Of a DNA stretch of 64,000 nucleotides, positions 32,095 to 44,826 are shown one piece after another. Position numbers and translations under genes: made by a program. Position 1 is the first letter of the stretch; the number at the start of each line of letters is the position of its first letter. The notes under the pieces were generated by a model. That model had not been told where the DNA came from and made no database searches. It saw only the letters and a list, made by a program, of their open reading frames with translations. The DNA is taken from NCBI RefSeq assembly GCF_055900595.2, contig NZ_CM148325.1; one strand, written 5' to 3'.

Positions 32095-33270
32095 CTACAA
32101 CCCTAACGCATATTTCAGCGCCTGACGTTTCAACACGCCAGCTCGCTCCGCCGCCATTAACCCGAGATTACGCATAAAACGCAGTGGCGGCAGATTATTG
32201 CTGAATCCGGCATAAAACAGATCCATACCGCTTTGCATAATGAAGTTATCCGCCATACGCCGCATCTGGTAACGCTTGAGGACAGGATAACTGGCCCACG
32301 CTTCACCGTAGCTGCGGGCATTCACCAGAACGTCAATCAGCGCATCAACATCGCGATAACCAAGATTCACCCCCTGCCCCGCCAGCGGATGAATGGTGTG
32401 CGCCGCATCGCCCACCAGCGCAAGCCCTGGTTGCACATACTGCAACGCATGGCGGCGCGTCAGCGGAAACGCACCAGCGGCGAGTGGCATCACGTACCCA
32501 AGACGCGACGGGAAATGCTTCGCGATTTCCGCCTGGAGCTGCGCCATATTCATATTCTGCAACTGGCGAATACGCACCGGAGAGTCATACCACACCAGCG
32601 ACGCCCAGTTATCAAACAGCGGCAGAAACGCGCGCGGCCCGTCCGGAGTAAACTGCTGCCAGGTGCTGTCGCCGGGATCATTCTCGCACTGTACGCTAAT
32701 CAACATACACGACTGCGCATACTGCCAGGCATGAACGCCAATTCCCGCCATTTGCCGCACCTGCGAATTTGCACCGTCAGCGCCAATCACCAGCTTCGCC
32801 TGGATCACTTCGCCCCCCTTCAGTTCCAGTTCCTGAAGATCATTATGGCGATGCAGAGCAATCAGTGAGCCTGGCACACGTAACGTTACTTTCGGATGCG
32901 CTTCCAGCGCCTGCCACAGCGCCTGTTGCAGGACAGTGTTTTCCACCATATAGCCAAGCAACGGCAGCTTCAATTCGGCTGCATCAAACACCACATGCGC
33001 CGTTTCCCACTCCCACGTTTCCAGTCTGCGATAAGGATGGCAACGCATGGCCTGTACCGCGTCCCAGACGCCTAAATCTTTAAGCAATGATACCGAAGCC
33101 GCGCTGATCGCCGAGATCCGCACGTCAGGCTGGCTGTCAGCGACAAACGGTGCAGGTTCTGCGTGCTCGATTACCGTTACCGAAAATCCGTGCTGTGCCA
33201 GTCCCAGCGCCAGTGCGCCGCCGACCATTCCTCCGCCGACAATGGCAATTTCCGTTGGTTGATTTGTCAT
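32095..33270 (-). CDS. ubiF: Ubiquinone biosynthesis FAD-dependent hydroxylase UbiF
   Basis: ORF 32095-33276; start placed at MTNQPTEIAIVGGGMVGG (GxGxxG FAD-binding motif). Confidence 0.93.
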   Translation of the reverse strand: MTNQPTEIAIVGGGMVGGALALGLAQHGFSVTVIEHAEPAPFVADSQPDVRISAISAASVSLLKDLGVWDAVQAMRCHPYRRLETWEWETAHVVFDAAELKLPLLGYMVENTVLQQALWQALEAHPKVTLRVPGSLIALHRHNDLQELELKGGEVIQAKLVIGADGANSQVRQMAGIGVHAWQYAQSCMLISVQCENDPGDSTWQQFTPDGPRAFLPLFDNWASLVWYDSPVRIRQLQNMNMAQLQAEIAKHFPSRLGYVMPLAAGAFPLTRRHALQYVQPGLALVGDAAHTIHPLAGQGVNLGYRDVDALIDVLVNARSYGEAWASYPVLKRYQMRRMADNFIMQSGMDLFYAGFSNNLPPLRFMRNLGLMAAERAGVLKRQALKYALGL

Positions 33271-33415
33271 GGTCAATCATCCTGTTAGCAATATGCTTTA
33301 AGTTTACAGGATTTTTACCCCCAAGGGCTGATAACGCTCATACTGGTCACAACGGCAGCAAAGCATTACACTATGCGCCCTGCATTCCTGGCTACTATTT
33401 CGCAAGAGCAAGTCG

Positions 33416-34840
33416 ATGACCAAAAAACTCCATATTAAAACCTGGGGCTGTCAGATGAACGAGTACGATTCATCGAAGATGGCCGATCTGCTGGATGCCA
33501 CCCACGGCTATCAACTGACCGACGTGGCGGAAGAAGCGGATGTGCTGCTGCTGAACACCTGCTCAATCCGCGAGAAGGCTCAGGAAAAAGTCTTCCATCA
33601 GTTGGGTCGCTGGAAACTGTTAAAAGAGAAGAATCCAGACCTGATTATCGGCGTCGGCGGCTGCGTGGCATCGCAAGAAGGCGAGCACATTCGCCAGCGC
33701 GCCCACTATGTTGATATTATTTTTGGGCCGCAAACGCTGCACCGTCTGCCGGAGATGATCAACTCCGTACGCGGCGACCGCAGCCCGGTTGTAGATATCA
33801 GCTTCCCGGAAATCGAGAAGTTTGACCGTCTGCCGGAACCGCGTGCCGAAGGACCAACCGCGTTTGTCTCCATCATGGAAGGCTGCAATAAATATTGCAC
33901 CTACTGTGTGGTGCCTTACACCCGTGGTGAAGAGGTAAGCCGTCCTTCCGACGATATTCTGTTTGAGATTGCCCAGCTTGCGGCTCAGGGCGTGCGTGAA
34001 GTCAACCTGCTCGGTCAGAACGTGAACGCCTGGCGTGGTGAGAACTACGACGGCACCACCGGATCGTTTGCCGATCTGCTGCGTCTGGTTGCGGCGATCG
34101 ACGGGATCGATCGTATTCGCTTTACCACCAGCCATCCGATCGAATTCACCGACGATATCATCGAAGTGTATCGCGACACGCCGGAGCTGGTGAGCTTCCT
34201 GCATCTGCCGGTTCAGAGCGGTTCCGATCGCATTCTAAACCTGATGGGACGTACCCACACGGCGCTGGAGTACAAAGCGATCATCCGTAAATTGCGTGCG
34301 GCGCGTCCTGATATTCAGATCAGTTCTGACTTCATTGTCGGCTTCCCGGGTGAAACCACCGAAGACTTCGAAAAAACGATGAAGCTGATTGCCGACGTCA
34401 ATTTCGACATGAGCTACAGCTTTATCTTCTCCGCTCGTCCAGGAACGCCTGCCGCCGATATGGTTGATGATGTTCCGGAAGAAGAGAAGAAGCAGCGTCT
34501 GTATATTCTGCAAGAGCGCATTAATCAGCAAGCGATGGCATGGAGCCGCCGTATGCTCGGCACCACCCAGCGTATTCTGGTAGAAGGTACATCGCGTAAG
34601 AGCATCATGGAGCTTTCCGGTCGTACTGAAAATAACCGCGTGGTCAACTTCGAAGGTACGCCGGATATGATCGGTAAATTCGTCGATGTAGAAATTACCG
34701 ACGTCTACCCGAACTCTCTGCGCGGTAAAGTGGTGCGAACTGAAGATGAAATGGGTCTGCGCGTGGCAGAAACACCGGAATCGGTGATTGCCCGTACCCG
34801 CAAAGAAAATGACCTGGGCGTGGGTTATTATCAGCCGTAA
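33416..34840 (+). CDS. miaB: tRNA-i6A37 methylthiotransferase MiaB (radical SAM)
   Basis: 474-aa [22 protein letters not shown]... with the CxxxCxxC radical-SAM motif (CNKYCTYC). Confidence 0.97.
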
Positions 34841-34992
34841 TTCTCAGGCCCGCCGTTCCGGTGGGCCTTGTTTTTTCTCTCTTTATCCCCATCTTTATCG
34901 CAATGCTTGCGCCTTTTTCCTGTGGCGTGAATAATTTCCTTATAGGCCGGTGAATGTTCAGCTTCCGGCGGCATACAGATAAGAGGAACGGT

Positions 34993-36033
34993 TTGAACAT
35001 AGACACTCGCGAAATCACTCTGGAGCCAGCAGACAACGCACGTCTGTTGAGCCTGTGCGGCCCGTTTGATGACAACATCAAACAACTCGAACGCCGTCTC
35101 GGCATCGAAATCAATCGCCGCGATAATCATTTTAAACTGACCGGCCGTCCGATTTGCGTCACCGCTGCGGCAGACATTCTGCGTAGCCTGTATGTCGATA
35201 CTGCCCCGATGCGCGGTCAGATTCAGGATATCGAGCCGGAACAGATCCACCTTGCGATTAAAGAAGCGCGCGTGCTGGAACAAAGTGCGGAGAGCGTGCC
35301 GGAGTATGGCAAAGCGGTCAATATCAAGACCAAACGCGGTGTAATTAAACCGCGCACGCCAAACCAGGCGCAGTACATCGCCAATATTCTCGACCATGAC
35401 ATTACCTTCGGCGTTGGCCCGGCGGGTACGGGTAAAACCTACCTGGCAGTGGCTGCGGCAGTTGATGCCCTGGAGCGTCAGGAAATTCGCCGTATTCTGC
35501 TGACTCGTCCGGCGGTAGAAGCCGGTGAGAAACTGGGCTTCCTGCCTGGCGATTTAAGCCAGAAAGTGGACCCGTATCTGCGCCCGCTGTATGACGCGCT
35601 GTTTGAAATGTTGGGCTTTGAGAAAGTCGAGAAGCTGATTGAGCGCAACGTTATTGAAGTCGCACCACTGGCCTATATGCGTGGTCGTACGTTGAACGAC
35701 GCGTTTATCATTCTTGATGAGAGCCAGAACACCACCATCGAACAGATGAAGATGTTCCTGACTCGTATCGGTTTTAACTCAAAAGCGGTTATTACCGGCG
35801 ATGTCACGCAGATCGACTTACCGCGTAATACTAAATCAGGTTTACGTCACGCTATCGAAGTGTTAGCCGATGTCGAAGAGATCAGCTTTAACTTCTTCCA
35901 CAGCGAAGACGTGGTTCGTCACCCGGTGGTAGCGCGTATCGTTAACGCTTATGAAGCCTGGGAAGAAGCCGAACAAAAACGAAAAGCGGCGCTGGCAGCA
36001 GAACGCAAGCGCGAAGAACAGGAACAAAAATGA
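34993..36033 (+). CDS. ybeZ: PhoH-like ATPase YbeZ
   Basis: ORF 34954-36033 with Walker A GPAGTGKT. Start placed at TTG 34993 ([10 protein letters not shown]...), with aagagga 5-11 nt upstream; start uncertain. Confidence 0.85.
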
Positions 36034-36497
36034 GTCAGGTGATCCTCGATTTACAACTGGCATGTGAAGATAATTCCGGGTTACCGGAAGAGAGCCAGTT
36101 TCAGACATGGCTGAATGCGGTGATCCCGCAGTTTCAGGAAGAATCGGAAGTGACTATTCGCGTGGTCGATACCGCCGAAAGCCACAGTCTCAATCTGACC
36201 TATCGCGGTAAGGATAAGCCGACCAACGTGCTCTCCTTCCCGTTTGAAGTACCGCCTGGCATGGAGATGTCGCTGCTGGGCGATCTGGTTATCTGCCGTC
36301 AGGTGGTTGAGAAGGAAGCACAGGAGCAAGGCAAACCACTGGAAGCGCACTGGGCGCATATGGTGGTGCACGGCAGTCTGCATTTGTTAGGTTACGATCA
36401 CATCGAAGACGACGAAGCAGAAGAAATGGAAGCCCTCGAAACAGAGATTATGCTTGCTCTGGGCTATGAGGATCCGTACATTGCCGAGAAAGAATAA
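36030..36497 (+). CDS. ybeY: Endoribonuclease YbeY (16S rRNA maturation)
   Basis: 155-aa ORF with the HxxxHxxGxxH zinc motif ([11 protein letters not shown]); start overlaps the ybeZ stop. Confidence 0.95.
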
Positions 36498-36586
36498 TTT
36501 GCCAGGCATTTGACTGGCAGACGTCCCCGCCGTTGGTGATTAACGACGGCGTTTTGATTAACTAACATGAGAACCCATACGACGCC

Positions 36587-37465
36587 ATGAGCGACGACAA
36601 TTCACACAGTAGTGACACGATAAGCAACAAGAAGGGATTTTTCTCCCTGTTACTCAGCCAACTTTTCCACGGTGAACCGAAAAACCGTGACGAACTGCTG
36701 GCGCTGATCCGTGATTCCGGGCAGAACGACCTTATCGACGAAGATACGCGCGATATGCTCGAAGGGGTGATGGACATCGCAGACCAACGCGTTCGCGACA
36801 TCATGATCCCCCGCTCCCAGATGATTACCCTGAAACGCAACCAGACGCTGGACGAATGCCTTGATGTCATCATCGAGTCCGCCCACTCACGTTTCCCGGT
36901 GATTAGCGAAGACAAAGATCACATTGAAGGGATTCTGATGGCGAAAGACTTGCTGCCGTTTATGCGCAGCGATGCTGAAGCCTTCAGCATGGACAAAGTG
37001 TTACGTCAGGCGGTTGTCGTTCCTGAAAGTAAGCGCGTAGACCGGATGCTGAAAGAGTTTCGCTCTCAGCGTTACCACATGGCGATCGTCATTGACGAAT
37101 TCGGTGGGGTTTCCGGTCTGGTGACCATTGAAGATATCCTGGAGCTGATTGTTGGTGAGATTGAAGACGAGTATGACGAAGAAGATGATATCGACTTCCG
37201 TCAGCTGAGTCGTCATACCTGGACCGTGCGCGCACTGGCTTCCATCGAAGATTTCAACGAAGCCTTCGGCACCCACTTTAGCGATGAAGAAGTCGACACC
37301 ATCGGAGGTCTGGTGATGCAGGCATTTGGGCATCTCCCGGCGCGTGGCGAAACCATCGACATCGACGGTTACCAGTTCAAAGTGGCGATGGCTGACAGTC
37401 GGCGTATTATTCAGGTTCATGTCAAAATCCCGGATGACTCACCCCAGCCAAAGCTGGATGAATAA
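36587..37465 (+). CDS. corC: Magnesium/cobalt efflux protein CorC (YbeX), CBS-domain protein
   Basis: 292-aa ORF with tandem CBS domains and a CorC/HlyC C-terminal domain. Confidence 0.93.
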   Translation: MSDDNSHSSDTISNKKGFFSLLLSQLFHGEPKNRDELLALIRDSGQNDLIDEDTRDMLEGVMDIADQRVRDIMIPRSQMITLKRNQTLDECLDVIIESAHSRFPVISEDKDHIEGILMAKDLLPFMRSDAEAFSMDKVLRQAVVVPESKRVDRMLKEFRSQRYHMAIVIDEFGGVSGLVTIEDILELIVGEIEDEYDEEDDIDFRQLSRHTWTVRALASIEDFNEAFGTHFSDEEVDTIGGLVMQAFGHLPARGETIDIDGYQFKVAMADSRRIIQVHVKIPDDSPQPKLDE

Positions 37466-37489
37466 AACCGAAACTGGATAGATAACTAC

Positions 37490-39028
37490 ATGGCTTTTGC
37501 CTCATTAATTGAACGCCAGCGCATTCGCCTGCTGCTGGCGTTATTATTCGGTGCCTGCGGAACGCTGGCCTTCTCTCCTTACGACGTCTGGCCTGCGGCG
37601 ATTATTTCGCTGATGGGGCTTCAGGCGCTGACCTTTAACCGCCGTCCACTCCAGTCTGCCGCTATTGGCTTTTGCTGGGGATTTGGCCTGTTTGGCAGCG
37701 GTATTAACTGGGTCTATGTCAGCATCGCGACCTTTGGCGGAATGCCTGGCCCAGTTAACATCTTCCTGGTGGTGCTGCTGGCAGCGTATTTGTCGCTGTA
37801 TACCGGACTGTTTGCTGGCGTGCTGTCGCGTCTGTGGCCGAAAACCACCTGGCTACGCGTGGCGATTGCCGCCCCTGCTCTCTGGCAAGTGACCGAGTTT
37901 CTGCGCGGTTGGGTGCTGACTGGCTTCCCGTGGTTGCAGTTCGGCTATAGCCAGATTGACGGTCCGTTAAAAGGACTGGCACCGATAATGGGCGTGGAAG
38001 CCATTAACTTCCTGCTGATGATGGTAAGCGGCCTGCTGGCACTGGCGTTGGTCAAACGCAACTGGCGTCCGCTGGTGGTGGCCGTCGTGCTGTTTGCCCT
38101 TCCCTTCCCGCTACGTTACATCCAGTGGTTTACCCCGCAACCGGAGAAAACCATTCAGGTATCGATGGTTCAGGGCGACATTCCGCAATCGCTGAAGTGG
38201 GATGAAGGCCAGCTTCTCAATACGCTGAAGATTTACTACAACGCAACGGCACCGCTGATGGGCAAGTCATCGCTGATTATCTGGCCGGAGTCGGCGATAA
38301 CCGACCTGGAAATTAATCAGCAGCCGTTCCTCAAAGCACTGGACGGTGAGTTGCGTGATAAAGGTAGCTCGCTGGTCACCGGGATTGTCGACGCGCGTCT
38401 CAATAAGCAGAACCGCTACGATACCTACAACACCATCATCACGCTGGGTAAAGGTGCACCGTATAGCTACGAATCAGCCGATCGCTATAACAAAAACCAT
38501 CTGGTGCCGTTTGGCGAGTTTGTCCCGCTGGAGTCGATTCTGCGTCCGTTAGCACCGTTCTTTGACCTGCCGATGTCGTCATTCAGCCGTGGACCATATA
38601 TCCAACCACCGCTGTCGGTAAATGGTATTGAGCTTACTGCGGCTATTTGCTACGAGATCATTCTCGGCGAGCAAGTGCGCGATAACTTCCGCCCGGATAC
38701 CGACTATCTGCTGACTATCTCCAACGATGCGTGGTTTGGTAAGTCTATTGGCCCATGGCAGCACTTTCAGATGGCGCGAATGCGTGCGCTGGAGCTGGCG
38801 CGCCCGCTGCTGCGTAGCACCAATAATGGCATCACGGCGGTGATTGGTCCGCAGGGTGAGATTCAGGCGATGATCCCGCAATTCACCCGCGAGGTGTTGA
38901 CCACTAATGTGACGCCGACTACCGGACTCACACCGTACGCACGTACCGGCAACTGGCCGCTGTGGGTGCTGACGGCACTGTTTGGTTTTGCCGCTGTGCT
39001 GATGAGACTGCGAGCACGTCAACGTTAA
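37490..39028 (+). CDS. lnt: Apolipoprotein N-acyltransferase
   Basis: 512-aa ORF with N-terminal TM helices and a C-N hydrolase (nitrilase) domain. Confidence 0.95.
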   Translation: MAFASLIERQRIRLLLALLFGACGTLAFSPYDVWPAAIISLMGLQALTFNRRPLQSAAIGFCWGFGLFGSGINWVYVSIATFGGMPGPVNIFLVVLLAAYLSLYTGLFAGVLSRLWPKTTWLRVAIAAPALWQVTEFLRGWVLTGFPWLQFGYSQIDGPLKGLAPIMGVEAINFLLMMVSGLLALALVKRNWRPLVVAVVLFALPFPLRYIQWFTPQPEKTIQVSMVQGDIPQSLKWDEGQLLNTLKIYYNATAPLMGKSSLIIWPESAITDLEINQQPFLKALDGELRDKGSSLVTGIVDARLNKQNRYDTYNTIITLGKGAPYSYESADRYNKNHLVPFGEFVPLESILRPLAPFFDLPMSSFSRGPYIQPPLSVNGIELTAAICYEIILGEQVRDNFRPDTDYLLTISNDAWFGKSIGPWQHFQMARMRALELARPLLRSTNNGITAVIGPQGEIQAMIPQFTREVLTTNVTPTTGLTPYARTGNWPLWVLTALFGFAAVLMRLRARQR

Positions 39029-39158
39029 TGTGAATGATGCACTGGCCAGCAAAATCGCATCATTTTTGCAGGCCAGATAAACTGTTCACACCACATCCGG
39101 TATCAACAAAACGTACTTTCTCATTGAGCTGTGGGGCGTGATTATCATGCCCCTTTTT

Positions 39159-41096
39159 TTACGGTTCAGGGATACAAGCCACATCGCCATATTGGGGATG
39201 CCGAATAATTGCCTGCGGATCAAGCGAGCGCGTCCTGTCCATTTGGATTAACCCGTTCTTCGCCATAACAAATATCTTTCTACCATCCGCTGAAAAACGA
39301 AGATGATTAACGTAGCTGGCAGGATAAACGCCAATAATCTGCCCGGCATTAATATTGAGCAGGATGACATAACCTTGCAGGCCATATGACACCAACGCTA
39401 AATACTGACCGTCCGGGCTAATACCCTCAACAGAATAAACGCTCCTGCTACACCATTGCGTCATAATGCTGGCTTGTTGATCCCCTGTGCTTATACCTGA
39501 AATCCCCTGACTATCGGCAAAAATAACCTCACCATTTTTTGGTCGGAATCCCATCGCAGAAACGACACCACGCGCATCACCTGCGGGAAAATCTTCTTTC
39601 TGATGCGTGATGGTATTGATCCGCACGATGTTACCTCTGCCTGCTCCCGGAACCAGTAATGTTTTTTCATCCGGGGAAAGTGCCATAACCCAGGCGCCTG
39701 GTTTACCGCTCGTCCCCGTCCCGTCGTATTTCTCCAGTGGGATATCCGCCACATGCTGATAAGTCACCAGATCAATCGCTGACACACTATTACTGGTGCG
39801 ATTCATCACCCAGGCTTTTGTGCCATCACGCGAGAGGATAAGGCTGTCAGGATGGGCGCCGGTGGTAATCGACTGAATAATCTCCCCCGTCGCCACGTTA
39901 ATGACCGATACTGCATTCGCTTCAAATGAAGTCGCATACAGCAACTTTTCATCGGGGCTTAACACCAGCGATCTGACGCCCTGATCTTTACAGCCACCAC
40001 AATGTTTGACTGACTTTTCTTTCGCTATGGGCGCTGTAAAGGTATGCAGGATTTTCTTTTGTCCGAGGTCGAAAACAACAATACTGTTCGTGTTTTCAAT
40101 TGCGGCATAAAACGTATTACCATCCCGACTGATCGCCATATCATGGATATCGGCAATCTCAGCGAGCAAATCACCACTGGCCTGTTCACGACTTACCGGA
40201 GCGGGTAATGTTTCCCTGAGGGCGTTGCGTTCCTCCGCTAACTGCTGCTTTTTATGCCGTCGCTCTTGTTCAATCTCCTGCGGATAAAACTCTTCACGCA
40301 GGCTTTGCCTGACCTGCAAAACTGATTCATCAATCTGCTGCTGCACAAGCCAGATAGCCCCGGTCAGTAGAAGACTACCCGCAACAATAATCCCGCCTTC
40401 CGTAACAAGTCGGTTTTGCCCAGATAAACGCGCACTCAGCCAACCCAACGCGCCCCCCGCAATCAGGCCGCCAATGTGGCAAGCGTTATCTATTCCTGTT
40501 TGCCGGGTACCATACAACAGTGTCAGCGCCACCATACCCAACAGAGAAAATACTCGCCGCTGGTTTTTATGGTGTGTACCCGCACCTGAAGAAAGCTGTG
40601 TTGCTATCGCAGCGCCAGCTATTCCCATAATTGCCCCGGATGCCCCAACGCTGATGACTATCTGCTCACTTTCGCGTAACGCATAACAGGCGCTGATGAG
40701 CCCACCAAAGATGCCGGAGAATAACCAGATAATCAGGAGTCGCCATTTCCCCAGTATCCGTTCCGCCACTGTCCCCACCACCAGGAGTGCAAACATATTC
40801 ATCAGCAAATGGGAAAAACTACTGTGCAGAAAAACACTGCTCAATAAGCGCCAGGGTTCACCCGACAACGTGAGAGAGGCAACGTTAGCGCCGAGATGGA
40901 TGAGTGCGGATTGATCGACTTCTTCATAACTCATCCATTGTGCGAGGTAACAAAATATCCCAACACATAGCGCAAAAAGGATCAGGGTTATTGCGGGTAA
41001 TTGAACATTTAACGGCTTAACCGAAGATGCAGACATAAGGTGATTCTTCCTTGAAAAGACAGGTAAAAAAGCATTTTTCCCGTGTGCAGTTATCAT
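39159..41096 (-). CDS. Rhomboid-family intramembrane serine protease fused to a C-terminal beta-propeller-like repeat domain (uncharacterized)
   Basis: 645-codon ORF. Rhomboid hallmarks read directly: WRLLSSVFLHSSFSHLLMNMF (H-x4-H-x3-N), GASGAIMG (candidate catalytic Ser, ORF residue 153), HIGGLIAG (candidate catalytic His, residue 207). A further hydrophobic helix (GGIIVAGSLLLTGAIWLV) and a charged linker follow. The C-terminal ~340 aa carry reiterated S/T-x-D-G ... N-x-V-S-V-I units. An alternative start at Met21 (41036) is possible. Confidence 0.8.
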   Translation of the reverse strand: MITAHGKNAFLPVFSRKNHLMSASSVKPLNVQLPAITLILFALCVGIFCYLAQWMSYEEVDQSALIHLGANVASLTLSGEPWRLLSSVFLHSSFSHLLMNMFALLVVGTVAERILGKWRLLIIWLFSGIFGGLISACYALRESEQIVISVGASGAIMGIAGAAIATQLSSGAGTHHKNQRRVFSLLGMVALTLLYGTRQTGIDNACHIGGLIAGGALGWLSARLSGQNRLVTEGGIIVAGSLLLTGAIWLVQQQIDESVLQVRQSLREEFYPQEIEQERRHKKQQLAEERNALRETLPAPVSREQASGDLLAEIADIHDMAISRDGNTFYAAIENTNSIVVFDLGQKKILHTFTAPIAKEKSVKHCGGCKDQGVRSLVLSPDEKLLYATSFEANAVSVINVATGEIIQSITTGAHPDSLILSRDGTKAWVMNRTSNSVSAIDLVTYQHVADIPLEKYDGTGTSGKPGAWVMALSPDEKTLLVPGAGRGNIVRINTITHQKEDFPAGDARGVVSAMGFRPKNGEVIFADSQGISGISTGDQQASIMTQWCSRSVYSVEGISPDGQYLALVSYGLQGYVILLNINAGQIIGVYPASYVNHLRFSADGRKIFVMAKNGLIQMDRTRSLDPQAIIRHPQYGDVACIPEP

Positions 41097-41491
41097 CCCG
41101 GCAAACGTCCCATACCGAAAAGTTAACTCTGTCCGAAATATGACTTTTTCAGCCTGAAATTACAATCGTAATTAATTCATCCCTAAGTATTTTTTGGCAT
41201 GTAAGTTGCTTTATTTACTGTGTAAGCAATGAAATCAGCCGCAACGCAACCGGGTTGCACCAACACAAATCAGCGGTAGCACCAAAAAGGTGCGGTTTAA
41301 GAATTTTGCTTCGGAATGGTGCGGCGCATCTCGCAAAAACAAACAATAAAACATCAATATCTTTACATTTAGCCAAACTAAATGTTACCTAACAAACACA
41401 ACACTGCACAATAAAGTTGCAGATGATAACAACACAAACACTCACAACGGGTATCCATGCGTTCTTAACGCAGAAGATAAAGGAGTTGGAT

Positions 41492-42400
41492 ATGCAATTA
41501 CGTAAACCTGCCACAGCAATCCTGGCCCTGGCGCTTTCCGCAGGACTGGCACAGGCAGATGACGCCGCCCCGGCAGCGGGCAGTACGCTGGACAAAATCG
41601 CCAAAAACGGTGTGATTGTCGTCGGTCACCGTGAATCTTCAGTACCTTTCTCTTATTACGACAATCAGCAAAAAGTGGTGGGTTACTCGCAGGATTACTC
41701 CAACGCCATTGTTGAAGCAGTGAAAAAGAAACTCAACAAACCGGACTTGCAGGTGAAACTGATTCCGATCACCTCACAAAACCGTATTCCTCTGCTGCAA
41801 AACGGCACTTTCGATTTTGAATGTGGTTCTACCACCAACAACGTCGAACGCCAAAAACAGGCGGCTTTCTCTGACACTATTTTCGTGGTCGGTACGCGCC
41901 TGCTGACCAAAAAGGGCGGCGATATCAAAGATTTTGCCGACCTGAAAGGCAAAGCCGTAGTCGTTACTTCCGGCACTACCTCTGAAGTTTTGCTCAACAA
42001 ACTGAATGAAGAGCAAAAAATGAATATGCGCATCATCAGCGCCAAAGATCACGGTGACTCTTTCCGCACCCTGGAAAGCGGTCGTGCCGTTGCCTTTATG
42101 ATGGATGACGCTCTGTTAGCCGGTGAGCGAGCGAAAGCGAAGAAACCAGACAACTGGGAAATCGTCGGCAAGCCGCAGTCTCAGGAAGCCTACGGTTGCA
42201 TGTTGCGTAAAGACGATCCGCAGTTCAAAAAGCTGATGGATGACACTATCGCTCAGGTGCAGACCTCCGGTGAAGCGGAAAAATGGTTTGATAAGTGGTT
42301 CAAAAATCCAATTCCGCCGAAAAACCTGAACATGAATTTCGAACTGTCGGACGAAATGAAAGCACTGTTCAAAGAACCGAATGACAAGGCACTGAACTAA
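41492..42400 (+). CDS. gltI: Glutamate/aspartate ABC transporter periplasmic binding protein
   Basis: ORF 41417-42400; start placed at MQLRKPATAILALALSAGLAQA (signal peptide), 302 aa. Confidence 0.93.
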   Translation: MQLRKPATAILALALSAGLAQADDAAPAAGSTLDKIAKNGVIVVGHRESSVPFSYYDNQQKVVGYSQDYSNAIVEAVKKKLNKPDLQVKLIPITSQNRIPLLQNGTFDFECGSTTNNVERQKQAAFSDTIFVVGTRLLTKKGGDIKDFADLKGKAVVVTSGTTSEVLLNKLNEEQKMNMRIISAKDHGDSFRTLESGRAVAFMMDDALLAGERAKAKKPDNWEIVGKPQSQEAYGCMLRKDDPQFKKLMDDTIAQVQTSGEAEKWFDKWFKNPIPPKNLNMNFELSDEMKALFKEPNDKALN

Positions 42401-42556
42401 TTACAAGAACCAGGGGCGGAAATTCCAGCCCTCTCGATTGTTACGTAGCACGGACAGACTATACGCCTGATGGTCGTTCCCCATCGGGCCTGAAAACCGC
42501 AATACGCTGGGTAACAATCTTCGAGGGTAGCAGTTAACGCTGCTACCCTCTTTTTT
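42395..42556 (+). ncRNA. sroC: SroC-like sRNA derived from the gltI-gltJ spacer (3' end at terminator); 5' end approximate
   Basis: The gltI-gltJ intergenic region ends in a strong hairpin gagggtagcag-ttaac-gctgctaccctc followed by tttttt (42523-42556). Position matches the SroC sRNA described for the gltIJKL mRNA in E. coli and Salmonella. Confidence 0.55.
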
Positions 42557-42569
42557 CTGGAGTAGATTT

Positions 42570-43310
42570 ATGTCTATAGACTGGAACTGGGGTATTTTTT
42601 TACAACAAGCCCCGTTCGGCAACACCACCTATCTTGGTTGGATCTGGAGTGGTTTTCAGGTGACGATCGCTTTGTCGATCTGCGCCTGGATTATCGCTTT
42701 CCTTGTCGGTTCATTTTTCGGCATTTTACGTACCGTTCCAAACCGTTTTCTCTCCGGTCTGGGTACGTTGTATGTCGAACTGTTCCGCAACGTGCCGTTG
42801 ATTGTGCAATTCTTTACCTGGTATCTGGTTATCCCTGAACTGTTGCCGGAAAAAATCGGCATGTGGTTTAAGGCAGAACTAGACCCAAATATTCAGTTTT
42901 TCCTCTCCTCCATGCTCTGTCTGGGACTGTTTACTGCAGCTCGTGTTTGCGAACAAGTACGCGCCGCGATTCAGTCGTTGCCGCGTGGGCAAAAGAATGC
43001 CGCGCTGGCAATGGGTCTGACGCTACCGCAGGCTTACCGCTACGTACTGTTGCCTAACGCTTATCGCGTTATCGTCCCGCCAATGACCTCTGAGATGATG
43101 AACCTGGTAAAAAACTCCGCCATCGCCTCGACCATCGGTCTGGTGGATATGGCGGCGCAGGCCGGTAAATTGCTCGATTACTCGGCCCACGCCTGGGAGT
43201 CATTTACCGCCATTACGCTGGCGTATGTGTTGATTAACGCTTTTATCATGCTGGTGATGACGCTGGTTGAACGTAAAGTTCGCCTGCCCGGCAACATGGG
43301 GGGCAAATAA
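42570..43310 (+). CDS. gltJ: Glutamate/aspartate ABC transporter permease
   Basis: 246-aa polytopic ORF with the ABC permease EAA-like region. Confidence 0.93.
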   Translation: MSIDWNWGIFLQQAPFGNTTYLGWIWSGFQVTIALSICAWIIAFLVGSFFGILRTVPNRFLSGLGTLYVELFRNVPLIVQFFTWYLVIPELLPEKIGMWFKAELDPNIQFFLSSMLCLGLFTAARVCEQVRAAIQSLPRGQKNAALAMGLTLPQAYRYVLLPNAYRVIVPPMTSEMMNLVKNSAIASTIGLVDMAAQAGKLLDYSAHAWESFTAITLAYVLINAFIMLVMTLVERKVRLPGNMGGK

Positions 43311-43983
43311 TGTACGAGTTTGACTGGAGTTCCATTGTTCCTTCCCTGCCATATCTGCTCGACGGGCTGGTGATCACCCTGAAAATCACCATCACGGCGG
43401 TGGTCATTGGTATTTTGTGGGGTACGATGCTGGCAGTAATGCGCTTGTCCAGCTTTGCGCCGATTGCCTGGTTTGCCAAAGCCTACGTTAACGTATTCCG
43501 CTCGATTCCTTTAGTCATGGTTTTGCTGTGGTTTTACCTGATTGTGCCGGGTTTTCTGCAAAACGTGCTGGGATTATCGCCAAAAAATGATATCCGTTTA
43601 ATTTCGGCGATGGTGGCGTTTTCGATGTTTGAAGCGGCCTACTATTCAGAGATTATCCGTGCCGGTATTCAAAGTATTTCCCGTGGGCAGTCGAGCGCCG
43701 CGCTGGCGTTGGGGATGACTCACTGGCAGTCGATGAAACTGATTATTCTGCCGCAGGCGTTCCGCGCTATGGTGCCGCTGCTGCTCACTCAGGGCATCGT
43801 ACTGTTCCAGGATACCTCACTGGTGTATGTGTTATCTCTGGCCGATTTCTTCCGTACCGCCTCAACCATTGGTGAGCGTGATGGTACACAGGTCGAAATG
43901 ATTCTGTTTGCCGGGTTTGTTTATTTCGTTATTAGCCTTAGCGCATCGTTGTTGGTCAGCTACTTGAAAAGAAGGACAGCATA

Positions 43984-43984
<1 letters not shown>
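43310..43984 (+). CDS. gltK: Glutamate/aspartate ABC transporter permease
   Basis: 224-aa polytopic ORF; start overlaps the gltJ stop. Confidence 0.93.
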
Positions 43985-44709
<725 letters not shown>

Positions 44710-44826
44710 TCACTCTGGCGCGCATACCCAAGTGCGCGCCATCTCACGCTTTCTCGTTTCGGCCCTCGTATCTGTTACATCCTGGCGTTACCCTTGTCGC
44801 AAAGAAGCACACAACAAGGAGCAACA

